From IMG/VR virus record IMGVR_UViG_3300005617_000008, positions 2,917 to 66,916 of that record: a stretch of 64,000 nt of DNA, one strand, 5' to 3'. The stretch's first letter is position 1; each line of letters opens with the position of its first letter. Positions 46,131 through 55,167 of this stretch are shown piece by piece. The position numbers and the translations under genes are program-made. Under the pieces are notes generated by a model. The model was not told where the DNA came from. It saw nothing but the letters and a program-made list of their open reading frames with translations, and did no database searches. This stretch comes from a virus.

Positions 46131-46541
46131 TTATGGTGTCACGGTGAAGTTGGTCGTGGAGATTATGTTATTCGTGTTTCCGCGAGGCCGGATTGAAGCC
46201 TTTGCCTGCCACTGTCCGGTAGAGTCGTTGCATGGAATGGTATAGCTGGCGGTGATGTCGATGGTCTGATGCGCAGGGATGTCAATATAAGTGTAGAGTA
46301 GATCTTCTGAACCGGGGCCGTTGGTTGGCCCACCGGGAAGGCAGGGATTGACCACCATCATCTGCACGTTGACGCTGTTCATGCCGCTGTTGCTACAGTT
46401 GGTAAAATGTCCGGTGACTTGGATCGTCTGGCCTACCGTGGCAGGGTTAGGCGTTTCACTGATACCGACAGAGACGCACTTTTGCAGCGAGGGGGTGAAG
46501 CTGAGACTTAGTAAAGTGATTAGTAGAAGTAATTTCATCAT
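46131..46541 (-). CDS. Secreted Cys-containing Ig-like protein
   Basis: Signal peptide MMKLLLLITLLSL; four Cys. Confidence 0.6.
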   Translation of the reverse strand: MMKLLLLITLLSLSFTPSLQKCVSVGISETPNPATVGQTIQVTGHFTNCSNSGMNSVNVQMMVVNPCLPGGPTNGPGSEDLLYTYIDIPAHQTIDITASYTIPCNDSTGQWQAKASIRPRGNTNNIISTTNFTVTP

Positions 46542-46565
46542 TTCTCCTTTAGCGGGTTAGAGGGT

Positions 46566-47054
46566 TTATTCCAGCACTATAAGACCGGGTCCGAACTGGA
46601 TGTCGGCGGAGTCTTTAAGTGATTTGAGATGGGCTTGAGTGAATCCAGAGATCTTTACGACCAGGCGGCGCTGCTCGTCAAAGTGCCACTCATAGTCGGA
46701 GTGATCGAACTGTGGTCTCACCTGTTTTGCGATTATCGCCAGAGTGCTCTGCCGCCTGCTTTCATCCAGCACGGCGTCATACAAAGCCTTGCCGTGGACA
46801 TGGCCCGCATCTCTATGAACCTTGCAAACGACCTCTTTTGGTCGGGTCTCACGGAAGTCTGGTTTGATAGTACCAGGCCGCGCGACGGCCTCAGCGGCAG
46901 TAATAGCATTAGCTTCTTCCTCTGTAACGAAATGGTGGACCCGCGCATCCTGCGGCACCTCGTCATCAAACGATTCATGCACTACGCAAGCCTCTCTATT
47001 GCCATTAACGCGATCCCGACAAATCATAGGAGTCCATGTCTGCGTCCTAAGCAT
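46566..47054 (-). CDS. Hypothetical protein
   Basis: ORF track. Confidence 0.6.
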   Translation of the reverse strand: MLRTQTWTPMICRDRVNGNREACVVHESFDDEVPQDARVHHFVTEEEANAITAAEAVARPGTIKPDFRETRPKEVVCKVHRDAGHVHGKALYDAVLDESRRQSTLAIIAKQVRPQFDHSDYEWHFDEQRRLVVKISGFTQAHLKSLKDSADIQFGPGLIVLE

Positions 47055-47515
47055 TAGAGCACCTCCAGTGTGGCATCATCATGAACAACTAGAATCGTAC
47101 TCGCGTTAATCTTTCCCAAATTATCCTGCGCAAACTTCGTCGAGATGCTTACTACTGCAACGTCAACATGATCGTCAATAAAAGTTCCCTCGATGAGTTG
47201 CACTTGAGAATTATTTGCGGCAAGTACTCTGCGTCCGGCTGCGAGAGCTTCAGGATTCAATTCAGTTGCGTATACCGGACTCGCCCCTAGCTTCTCAGCC
47301 GCAATAGAGAGAATGCACGAACCCGCACCGAGCTCGTGAAACGACATTCTCGGTTTGACATATTGAGACAACGCGAGCAGTGCAGCTTTCGTTGTGTCAT
47401 GCCAGCCCGCGCCGTAACAGTGGCCCAGCGGTGGCATTACGATGCGCCACTTACCTTCAGGAGTAGGAGTAGAGTCCCAATCACCCGCTATAACGAACGA
47501 GCCGACCTTGATCAC
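47054..47515 (-). CDS. PrmA-like class I SAM-dependent protein methyltransferase
   Basis: YGAGWHDTT, ELGAGSCILSIAAEKLGA, ATELNPEAL. Confidence 0.75.
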   Translation of the reverse strand: MIKVGSFVIAGDWDSTPTPEGKWRIVMPPLGHCYGAGWHDTTKAALLALSQYVKPRMSFHELGAGSCILSIAAEKLGASPVYATELNPEALAAGRRVLAANNSQVQLIEGTFIDDHVDVAVVSISTKFAQDNLGKINASTILVVHDDATLEVL

Positions 47516-47592
47516 TTGCTCAACCTTTTAATTAAAACGGCCACGATCAGCAGTCCGTGACCGCGATTGGTTTTATTCCCTTATTTACCCAA

Positions 47593-48105
47593 CTACACTT
47601 CCACAACCATGTAAGCGTAGGCGTTGACTGCTGTTCCTGCTTTTACCCGAATACGGGCAAACTTCGAGACCTGAATCACGGGCTCACGTCCTAATGGAAA
47701 CTGCTTGACGTACTGGTTTGTGGGCGCAATCAATTGAATGTCGAATTCACGGATGGCAGTTATCGTTCCTTCACCGGAGGCGTTGTATCCCGTTGAAGTT
47801 GTTCCTACGGGAAACAGATTAGTAGTCGGATCACCACCCGCAAGAGCTTCGGCGTTTAGCTTCATAATGTCATTTGCAACCGAAGCTGTTACAGTAGCCG
47901 CTACGTCCGTTTCGCAGAGTTCGACCTTGATCGGAGTTGCTGCGGCTGAACCGTCAAACGAGATTCCCCACTCAATGATCTTGAAGGTTGCTGTAGCGCT
48001 GGCCTTCACTTGGAGCAACGTCAGAATCGCGGTGGTAGTAGACAGGGTAGCAAAAGATGCCGTTGTCGGCATCGGGCCACTACCGATAAGGTACTGTTGG
48101 GCCAT
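47593..48105 (-). CDS. Virion structural protein
   Basis: Beta-rich; in the structural operon. Confidence 0.55.
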   Translation of the reverse strand: MAQQYLIGSGPMPTTASFATLSTTTAILTLLQVKASATATFKIIEWGISFDGSAAATPIKVELCETDVAATVTASVANDIMKLNAEALAGGDPTTNLFPVGTTSTGYNASGEGTITAIREFDIQLIAPTNQYVKQFPLGREPVIQVSKFARIRVKAGTAVNAYAYMVVEV

Positions 48106-48108
48106 CTT

Positions 48109-48573
48109 TTACGCTATCCGCAGTAGTCCGGTGGTCGCATCGTTCGTCGGCATCGTGAGGGTGAACGTACCGGCGGTCACAGTCTGACTCCCAAAGGTGT
48201 GAACACTCACCGCTTTATCACCTTGAGTAGAGTTATAAATGAGCACCGCATCAAACGCAGTAGAGAGTGTCACGTTAGTAAATACGATTGAGTTTGTAGG
48301 CGTAGTGAACGCAGTGGTGCCGGAAGTGTTGGGCGCAATCCAGTCAGGTGATCCGGTTAGGTCAACTCCTCCTGCGGTGTAATTCGTTCCTGAGACCTCG
48401 CCCGTTGACGAATAGGCCGTAGTGCCAGCACCTAACGAGGCAGAAGCAAGAAATAGCGCAGCCTTGAAAGAGTCGGGGGTTGTGCCGGCTCGAACTACTG
48501 AAGTACCCAAGGCGTGGATTCCGTTAAGAATCTCCTTTTTGAACGAAGTGCACATGCTTTGCGAGTTAGCCAT
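48109..48573 (-). CDS. Conserved virion structural protein
   Basis: MCTSFKKEIL, FKAALF, GEVSGTNYTAGG, FG...VTAGTFTL. Confidence 0.65.
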   Translation of the reverse strand: MANSQSMCTSFKKEILNGIHALGTSVVRAGTTPDSFKAALFLASASLGAGTTAYSSTGEVSGTNYTAGGVDLTGSPDWIAPNTSGTTAFTTPTNSIVFTNVTLSTAFDAVLIYNSTQGDKAVSVHTFGSQTVTAGTFTLTMPTNDATTGLLRIA

Positions 48574-48586
48574 TTTCCTCTCTCCT

Positions 48587-48775
48587 TCAGAGCTGAGCCG
48601 CTACACCTTCAATCGAAACATTCTTCTTCAGTGTCACATGGGCCGAACGATGAACAAGTTCTCCGTTTAAGTAGTATTCCGTCCACGTCGTATACTCATC
48701 CTCATTGTCCACCGCTCCGGTTCGTTTTTCCAGGAGCGATTCGTCCATCTCACCGTGGGTAGTAGTAACTAGCAT
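48587..48775 (-). CDS. Small hypothetical protein
   Basis: ORF track. Confidence 0.55.
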   Translation of the reverse strand: MLVTTTHGEMDESLLEKRTGAVDNEDEYTTWTEYYLNGELVHRSAHVTLKKNVSIEGVAAQL

Positions 48776-50082
48776 TAGGCAACCGCCTTGCTCGCGCTGC
48801 GCCGCTTGTTCTCTTCCGGCGATGCAATAGCTTTATTCTCAGCCGGGGCAGAGATCGCCTTCGCGTCAACATCAATCCAGCCATTCTCACGCGCTAATGC
48901 CTCGGGAATCTGAGTGCCCTTGCCCGCAATCTGCACCACTGCCCCAACTGGAATCCGGCCTGGATTATCCACGGCCTTGTAACTCCCATCCTGCATCTTG
49001 TAGATCCAACGATCTGAGGTCCACATTTTCATCGCTTCTGGTACTCCATTTCTGTATCGCGCGGCAGTTTCAATTAACGCCCCTTCAAGTCTATCAAATT
49101 CACTCTCAGGATTAAGGGAGTCAGCCAGCGCCAACACCGCGTTAGATCGCTGTCGATAGTAGACTTCATCAGTGAGCAGCCGATCCACTTCGACGTACCA
49201 TGCTGCAATATCATTTCGATCGATGAAGATTCCCGCATCTCCAAAGGCTTCCTTTAATCCTTCAGTCGGATGCGCTATCGTGGGAATTCCTGCACAAGCA
49301 GCCTCAATTCCTACTCGCCCATAAGACTCGTAATCTGAGGGCATCAGCAGCACTTTGGTTTTGCGGAATACTTCTCGAATATCCGGCGTATGGGCCATCC
49401 ATTCGATGTTTCCTGAGGCGGCGTACTTCGGATCGGTTCCGGGTGCTGTGATTACCTGATCACCATAGCCGCCTTCGACCGCAAGGAATTCACTATCAGG
49501 CATCTGTTTCGCCAGTGCCTTAAACGTATTTGCGCCCTTAGTTGGTGTCGGATTAACGAGGGTAATCTTTGTTCCGGTTTCGCAGCGATAGCGCTCCGGC
49601 TCAACTACGGGATGAACGATGATTGATGGAGCTAACCACTCATCAGGCATCTCCTGTCCAGCCCATTGACTGCGTTTTACTGCTAACCAGTGCGAGTTAT
49701 AGATCGTGAGTGCGTTCTTATAAGGCACTCGAGCGTCTACGCGCCAGTACATGAGTTGCGCATCGTTGTGAACGAAATGAACCAAGGGAATCTTCGTCGC
49801 CATTGCGAGGCTCATGGCCTGGCTAGTGAGGTCGAGATGGGTAACGAGAAGATCGGAATCTTTGACGAAGTGCTCTAGCCATGATTGCACACCTCGACGT
49901 GGGGGTCTGACTACGTTGATACCATCGATCTCATAAGGTGCGGTCTTGCTGCGGTCGCAAACTACGTTAACGGTATGCCCACGCCGCACCGTTGCCCGGA
50001 GCGCTGCATGGACAGTAGTTTCACTTCCCGCGTTATGCTCGGGCGGAAATAAATGGAAGTAGCCAGTTAGTCTCATTTGCAA
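48775..50082 (-). CDS. GT-B (GT4-like) glycosyltransferase with C-terminal extension
   Basis: HLFPPEHNAGSE, LLMPSDYESYGRVGIEA..AGIP. Confidence 0.85.
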   Translation of the reverse strand: MQMRLTGYFHLFPPEHNAGSETTVHAALRATVRRGHTVNVVCDRSKTAPYEIDGINVVRPPRRGVQSWLEHFVKDSDLLVTHLDLTSQAMSLAMATKIPLVHFVHNDAQLMYWRVDARVPYKNALTIYNSHWLAVKRSQWAGQEMPDEWLAPSIIVHPVVEPERYRCETGTKITLVNPTPTKGANTFKALAKQMPDSEFLAVEGGYGDQVITAPGTDPKYAASGNIEWMAHTPDIREVFRKTKVLLMPSDYESYGRVGIEAACAGIPTIAHPTEGLKEAFGDAGIFIDRNDIAAWYVEVDRLLTDEVYYRQRSNAVLALADSLNPESEFDRLEGALIETAARYRNGVPEAMKMWTSDRWIYKMQDGSYKAVDNPGRIPVGAVVQIAGKGTQIPEALARENGWIDVDAKAISAPAENKAIASPEENKRRSASKAVA

Positions 50083-50137
50083 AGTTGGCGGCGGTCACCT
50101 GCTGCGAAGAAGGCGAACTTAAGGTAACCGCCTTTCA

Positions 50138-50875
50138 TCACGGGCTGTTGTGCGCCGCGACAATTTCAGGTAACGGCCCATATAGTTCACGGTAGCGTTT
50201 CAAATCTGCCACGTCCCTCATTCTATCTGCCACTGTTTTATTCGAGTGCTCCATCAACGAAAGCAACTGAAGGTTTTCAGGTCTGTTATCAGTCTTTATT
50301 CGGTTGATATGGTCCACGTGTTCCTCAGTCAACAGGTATCTTCCGAGCGCCTCTTCCATAATCAGGCGGTGATAAAGAATACGTCCGTGACTCGTCTTTG
50401 CCTTTGGGTGGTCCGGCTTCCAAACCCTGACATAACCAGCCTTATCAATGATCGCAGGACGCCCGTTATAATCAAAGCCCGCGTGTCGGGTTGTCTGTCC
50501 GATTGCCTTGCAGTCCTTAGAGCAAAAGCGGCCTGCGCCTGCCAATGCTTCTGATGGTCTAAGTTCATATTCCTTACCGCATGTCTCACAGGTTCGTCGC
50601 GTCTTAGGCTTAGTATGTCCAATGCTTTGACAGCGCCGTGAGCAATACTTCTGACTGTTAAACCAAGGCTGGCGATAAAATACCAAGCCACAAACCAGAC
50701 AGGGCTTTTCAGTGCCAGTCCGAGGCTTACAGGGCACGTAGCACTTTCGAGAGCAGAACACACGCCCCGTCTTATTACGAGCCAAGTCCGAAACTCGGCG
50801 GAGATCTGGCTTACCACACGTCTCACACTTAACCTCGACTTGCTCAACTTTGTACCTTCCCTTTTTAACGTACAT
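50138..50875 (-). CDS. HNH homing endonuclease with repeated Cys-rich domains
   Basis: Repeated CxxC..FCS..C; HRLIME..VDHINRIKTDNRPENL; own promoter TTGCCG-N18-TATACT. Confidence 0.85.
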   Translation of the reverse strand: MYVKKGRYKVEQVEVKCETCGKPDLRRVSDLARNKTGRVFCSRKCYVPCKPRTGTEKPCLVCGLVFYRQPWFNSQKYCSRRCQSIGHTKPKTRRTCETCGKEYELRPSEALAGAGRFCSKDCKAIGQTTRHAGFDYNGRPAIIDKAGYVRVWKPDHPKAKTSHGRILYHRLIMEEALGRYLLTEEHVDHINRIKTDNRPENLQLLSLMEHSNKTVADRMRDVADLKRYRELYGPLPEIVAAHNSP

Positions 50876-50973
50876 TGTCGTACCCCCAGCTAACCAATCG
50901 ATGTACGTTTAAGTATATCGCGTAAACTAGCGGTACGGCAATACGTTTAATCAAAGAACGTTATGCGAAAACC

Positions 50974-52299
50974 CTAGGAATTCGCGCCAGAATGGAGATC
51001 TATTTTGACGACGGCGGGTGGCCGGAGCACACCAAACGCCCATCGACCTTCATACAAGATGTCGATGATGTTGCGCTCGAAGTGGTCTCGGTTCGAGTCA
51101 GTCATGTATACCGTTGGATCTTGTCGGTCCCACACGACCAACTGTTTCAGATCGCCTGTGTAGCCAGTGCCTTGTGGGATGACTTCCGACTCGATGACCG
51201 GGAGGCCCCACAGCATTTTAGTGCCCATCTGCATTGGGCCACCAAAATAGAACTGCCCCTGCGCCCCGCGCGCAAGATCAATGGTCTCCCAATCGTAAGA
51301 ATTGAGCAGGAACGCAGTCGAGCGCGCACGGCCTTGAATCATGGCGGCAGTGCGGGCCTTGCGTGTTGTGGTTAAAAGTCCGCCTGTAGTGTCTTCTGTG
51401 TCTGGCACAAAAGCCTGCGGCGTCAGATTCGGCGTGTTCTCCAGTCCAGTGAAGTGATTCGCGCCTCCCGGTCCCGCCACGATTTCCTCTTCAAGCTCGA
51501 GATCGATATCACGACGCATGAAGTTCGTCATCATTGACTGAAGCTGTGGTGCATCCGCAAGGATCGTGCGGGTGGCTTGCATGATGACCGCAATGGTCTT
51601 CACGCCAGTTTGAACGACTTCGAGAGACATGCTCGCTTTCGGCTTGAGCGCGAGATCGTCAGTGGCGGAGGTCGCCTCGGGAACAATCTTGGCCGCACGG
51701 GTGAGCGAGTTAACCCGCACATACTCAATCAGATTTGAGCCTGTCTGGAGAATCGTAATCACGTCACGAATACTTGGCTCGCGCAGTGGCAAGTCAATCG
51801 GCCAAGGACCATAGTCACGACGGATAAGCGAGCCACCAGCCGTTCCCGGTACGGTCATCACGAGGTCTTTGAATGACAAATCACCTAAGCCTACATCTGC
51901 CGGCTTGATATCTGGTGATCTGCCAAACTTAATCGTGCCCATCTCTTTACCTTCAGGGGCAATCTGAGCACGCCACGCCTTAAAGTCCGGCGTGTTGATG
52001 AGCAGTTCGCCCATCGTTTTGAGTTCAGGCTGAGCGTCGCCGCCGAGATTGCCAAAATCAGGACGCCCTACGGGCTGCTTGAGGAAATCGTCAATTGCCT
52101 TCAGGCGCTTCTTTCGATCCGCGTACTTGTTCTCTTCGTCAACCTCTGCAACCAACTCTTCGATTCGTTTCCAGCGAGTATCAAGTTCGGCTTTCTGTTC
52201 GGTAGTAGGGTCTTCCGAACCTTGCTTTGCCCAAAAAGCCTGCTCTGCGTCTTTCAGTTCCTTGAGTTCCTGCGTGGCTGTTTTTTTCTCTTCGGCCAT
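50974..52299 (-). CDS. HK97-fold major capsid protein
   Basis: Coiled-coil delta domain, GGSLI, PEA..KP, KTIA, G.PV.ES, RDHFERN. Confidence 0.9.
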   Translation of the reverse strand: MAEEKKTATQELKELKDAEQAFWAKQGSEDPTTEQKAELDTRWKRIEELVAEVDEENKYADRKKRLKAIDDFLKQPVGRPDFGNLGGDAQPELKTMGELLINTPDFKAWRAQIAPEGKEMGTIKFGRSPDIKPADVGLGDLSFKDLVMTVPGTAGGSLIRRDYGPWPIDLPLREPSIRDVITILQTGSNLIEYVRVNSLTRAAKIVPEATSATDDLALKPKASMSLEVVQTGVKTIAVIMQATRTILADAPQLQSMMTNFMRRDIDLELEEEIVAGPGGANHFTGLENTPNLTPQAFVPDTEDTTGGLLTTTRKARTAAMIQGRARSTAFLLNSYDWETIDLARGAQGQFYFGGPMQMGTKMLWGLPVIESEVIPQGTGYTGDLKQLVVWDRQDPTVYMTDSNRDHFERNIIDILYEGRWAFGVLRPPAVVKIDLHSGANS

Positions 52300-52321
52300 C
52301 TTTTGCTCCTTCTGTCGAGAG

Positions 52322-53440
52322 CTACGCGAGTGCTCGAATAGCGAGACTCTGCATGCGTAGCGATTGAGTCCTTAGCGTATCCACGTCGATCTCTTTTTCT
52401 TTAGGCTTCGGTTCGCTCATAGCCAGTAGCGCGTCGAGATCTCCCATGAGTGCCGTGAGGGAGTCTTTGCATTTCTGTACCGTGGCGCGATTTGAAGTCG
52501 AGAGTACGCGGCCCTCTTTTACGCGGGCTTCGTGGTTACGCTGCATGTTTTCGATAAACTTCTTCAACGCAGCGGGTGCCGCTTTATCGAAGGACTCAAA
52601 GGATTCGGATGCCGTGATCTCTTTGAGGTAAAACTCGTCATCAGAACTGGTTAGAAATTCTTCAATTTGTGCCGTGACTAACGGGATCATCGTGGGCGGA
52701 TACTCGTTGAACGCTTCCGCGACCTTCGCCTTCCAGTCCATTACTACGCCAGTCACATTAGAATCTTTCGCGGTCTCGGCAATCTTGCGGATGACACGGC
52801 GCAGAGCTGAGTCAATTTCCCACGTGGAAGGCGTTGTTTGGGCCATCTCTTCAGCAAGCATGCCTTTCGACTCGTTGGTGATGGACTTAACCGCAGTCGC
52901 CATTGCCAGCTTGTTCATTGGTGCCGTGACTATTGAGTCTTCGATCACTTCGCCTTTTTTCAGGATGCGGATGCGATCGAACTTCTGCGCCTTTTGTAGA
53001 TTTGCTTGCAGTCGCTCGGCTTTCACGTAGAGCGGCAACTGCTCTTTGTAGTCTTTGGCTTCGATATAGGACTTATCTGACACCGAATAGCCAAACGAGA
53101 AGCCCACACGCTTGCCGGCCTTCTTACGTTCAACTGCCTTGGTGCGAACCGCCTGTGCGTCAGGCGTGGAGTGAAATTCCGAATCGACAAAGAAGCCGTG
53201 GTCATCTTCCTTCGCAACCATCGGATAACCAACCGCTTTATCAAAATCCCAATCATGCGAGTGCGCTGTAAATCCCGCCTCCAGGTATTCGGTTATGCAG
53301 TCCTTGAAAAAGCCGGGAACGATGAGATCCCCGCCTTCGTCAATTTCATTAAAGACTGCTCGATAGCCAGAGATATGGCCCGGACCTTCATCTGAGACCG
53401 TCAGGTCTTTCAGGTCGATGAACTTGCGCTCAATGTCCAT
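52322..53440 (-). CDS. HK97-type prohead protease
   Basis: ISGYRAVFNEIDEGGD, HSHDW, GFSFGY, EDSIVTAPMN. Confidence 0.85.
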   Translation of the reverse strand: MDIERKFIDLKDLTVSDEGPGHISGYRAVFNEIDEGGDLIVPGFFKDCITEYLEAGFTAHSHDWDFDKAVGYPMVAKEDDHGFFVDSEFHSTPDAQAVRTKAVERKKAGKRVGFSFGYSVSDKSYIEAKDYKEQLPLYVKAERLQANLQKAQKFDRIRILKKGEVIEDSIVTAPMNKLAMATAVKSITNESKGMLAEEMAQTTPSTWEIDSALRRVIRKIAETAKDSNVTGVVMDWKAKVAEAFNEYPPTMIPLVTAQIEEFLTSSDDEFYLKEITASESFESFDKAAPAALKKFIENMQRNHEARVKEGRVLSTSNRATVQKCKDSLTALMGDLDALLAMSEPKPKEKEIDVDTLRTQSLRMQSLAIRALA

Positions 53441-53461
53441 TTCTTGAAGGCTCCAGAAAAA

Positions 53462-53544
53462 TACGAAACCCGCCATGACTCCCGGTTAGGAATCAGGCGG
53501 GCGGTAAGCATCGTTGTGCTTCGTGGCTCGCTAAGTGGTTATCA
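53462..53544 (-). promoter_or_regulatory. Late leader: TGATAACCACTTAGCG box + hairpin + T-tract
   Basis: Matches the 40955-41040 element. Confidence 0.55.
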
Positions 53545-53713
53545 AGTTACGCGGTCTTCTCTCTTAGCCCCTTAACCCGATCTATCAGGTTGTATAATTG
53601 CCGCTCAATCTTTTGTAGTTCCTGCTTGGTGTTCTGCGGAGACGTGTCCGGTTTGACTAAAGGGACATCCCGCGAATTCATCAACGTGGATTCAGGTTTA
53701 GGGGATTGCTGGC

Positions 53714-53902
53714 TCATTGTACGATTAACTGCTGCTTTGTCCGCTCATCCATCCACCGTTTACAGGCGGCGTAATTGGCGGCAATAAGGCAAATTGAGTG
53801 AGCGATGAATAGTTGGGCCTTGTCCTTTTGGCCAACCATACTGAGCACCACGGCCATCGCGGCATTCAAGGTAATGGCCTTAACTATTTCTGTGTCGCTC
53901 AT
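53714..53902 (-). CDS. Small hydrophobic hypothetical protein
   Basis: ORF track. Confidence 0.4.
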   Translation of the reverse strand: MSDTEIVKAITLNAAMAVVLSMVGQKDKAQLFIAHSICLIAANYAACKRWMDERTKQQLIVQ

Positions 53903-53962
53903 TCCGTGCGGAGTTTAGCACAGTTTGGTTAAACATTTGCAAGGACATTTGTGCGTGGGACT

Positions 53963-54244
53963 TTATTCGTGTAGCCACTTCTGCGCCAACTCGCGCATCT
54001 TTGCCGGACAATGCGCTCTCGGTTCAAGGTTCCTGCAGTACTCGCAGAGCATGAGGTTGTAGCTGATATTGAATTCCTGTCCGCTCAGAATTGAGAAACC
54101 GCCCCGCTCCGAATGTCGCCCGCGTCCGCTCGCCTGCTGGCGCGTCATATGACAGGCAAGTTGCGATTCAGGCAGGTCGTTAGCCCGCACGAGTTCAAGG
54201 ATGGCGGCGTGTTCATGCTGCGGTAGTGGCTGAAGGGCGTTCAT
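53963..54244 (-). CDS. Hypothetical protein
   Basis: ORF track. Confidence 0.5.
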   Translation of the reverse strand: MNALQPLPQHEHAAILELVRANDLPESQLACHMTRQQASGRGRHSERGGFSILSGQEFNISYNLMLCEYCRNLEPRAHCPAKMRELAQKWLHE

Positions 54245-54367
54245 ATCTCTTCATCCATAAACCGTAAGAATACTGACTGACATTCGGCCTCGACCACCTG
54301 AAGCAGCCGCTCAATTTCTTCATCAGATAAGCCAGCGGGTAGAGGGGCGCTTGCGATCTCCCGCCAC

Positions 54368-55129
54368 TCACCGCCAGTCGATGATTTTCCAGTCCGATCC
54401 ATAAATATCATCCGCCCTCAACTGCGTATACTTCGGTCCGAACCACGGCCTCGGCGCAATCACTCGCTTATCCGGCGCATCGCTCAGCACTGCGGCCATT
54501 GCGGAGTAGCTTGAGTTGGCGATGATAAAGTGTTTGCATTTCTTCATCGACTTGAAATCTTCCAAGTAATCCCGCCCTTCGGAATACTCAACTCCTGAGC
54601 CAAACATTTGCCGCGCTCCTGCAATGTCATCACTGAAGACGAGAAACTTTGCACCGTGGAACTCTTCCATTGCGGGACGATAGTAATCCATTGTCAGTCG
54701 CGGATGATAACCTTCGCCGTCGTTGTAATCCCCCGCGCGCCAATGAATTGCTACGTAGTCATTCTGCGGTGGCTCGTCTTTCATGCGCAATTGCCAACGA
54801 ACCTCGTCAATCGCGTGTGAGAAGAATTTCTCTGATTGCATGTGACCTGATAGGCTGGCGCTCTCAGTCAGGATCTCGTCTCTAAATCCCCAGTCAACGA
54901 ACCTGTCAGGTAATGGCGGTCCATCATAACGGGGTAAGGGATTCTCGAAATACTTCTCAACGTCAATGTCTTCGGTGGAGTTGAATCGCTCACGATGGTC
55001 CCAGTTGCGCCATTCAGGGAATAACGGTATCGCATTGTTCCGTCGTGCTATCCCGATTGTCGAGGCGATCTGGTAGAGCGCGTTGGCCCACCGTCCGTAC
55101 CTCCCCAGCGCTGCAAATGTCACTATCAT
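54368..55129 (-). CDS. GT11 alpha-1,2-fucosyltransferase
   Basis: GRWANALYQ, QSEKFF, VAIHWRAGDY, FSDD, CKHFIIANSSYS, VIAP.PWFG. Confidence 0.9.
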   Translation of the reverse strand: MIVTFAALGRYGRWANALYQIASTIGIARRNNAIPLFPEWRNWDHRERFNSTEDIDVEKYFENPLPRYDGPPLPDRFVDWGFRDEILTESASLSGHMQSEKFFSHAIDEVRWQLRMKDEPPQNDYVAIHWRAGDYNDGEGYHPRLTMDYYRPAMEEFHGAKFLVFSDDIAGARQMFGSGVEYSEGRDYLEDFKSMKKCKHFIIANSSYSAMAAVLSDAPDKRVIAPRPWFGPKYTQLRADDIYGSDWKIIDWR

Positions 55130-55167
55130 AATGAATACTATTTACTCCACAGTTAACGCACCATGCC

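Noticed and set aside
50138-50990. C-terminal duplication between capsid (SGANS) and HNH (AAHNSP)
   Set aside because: Similarity too short to distinguish from chance
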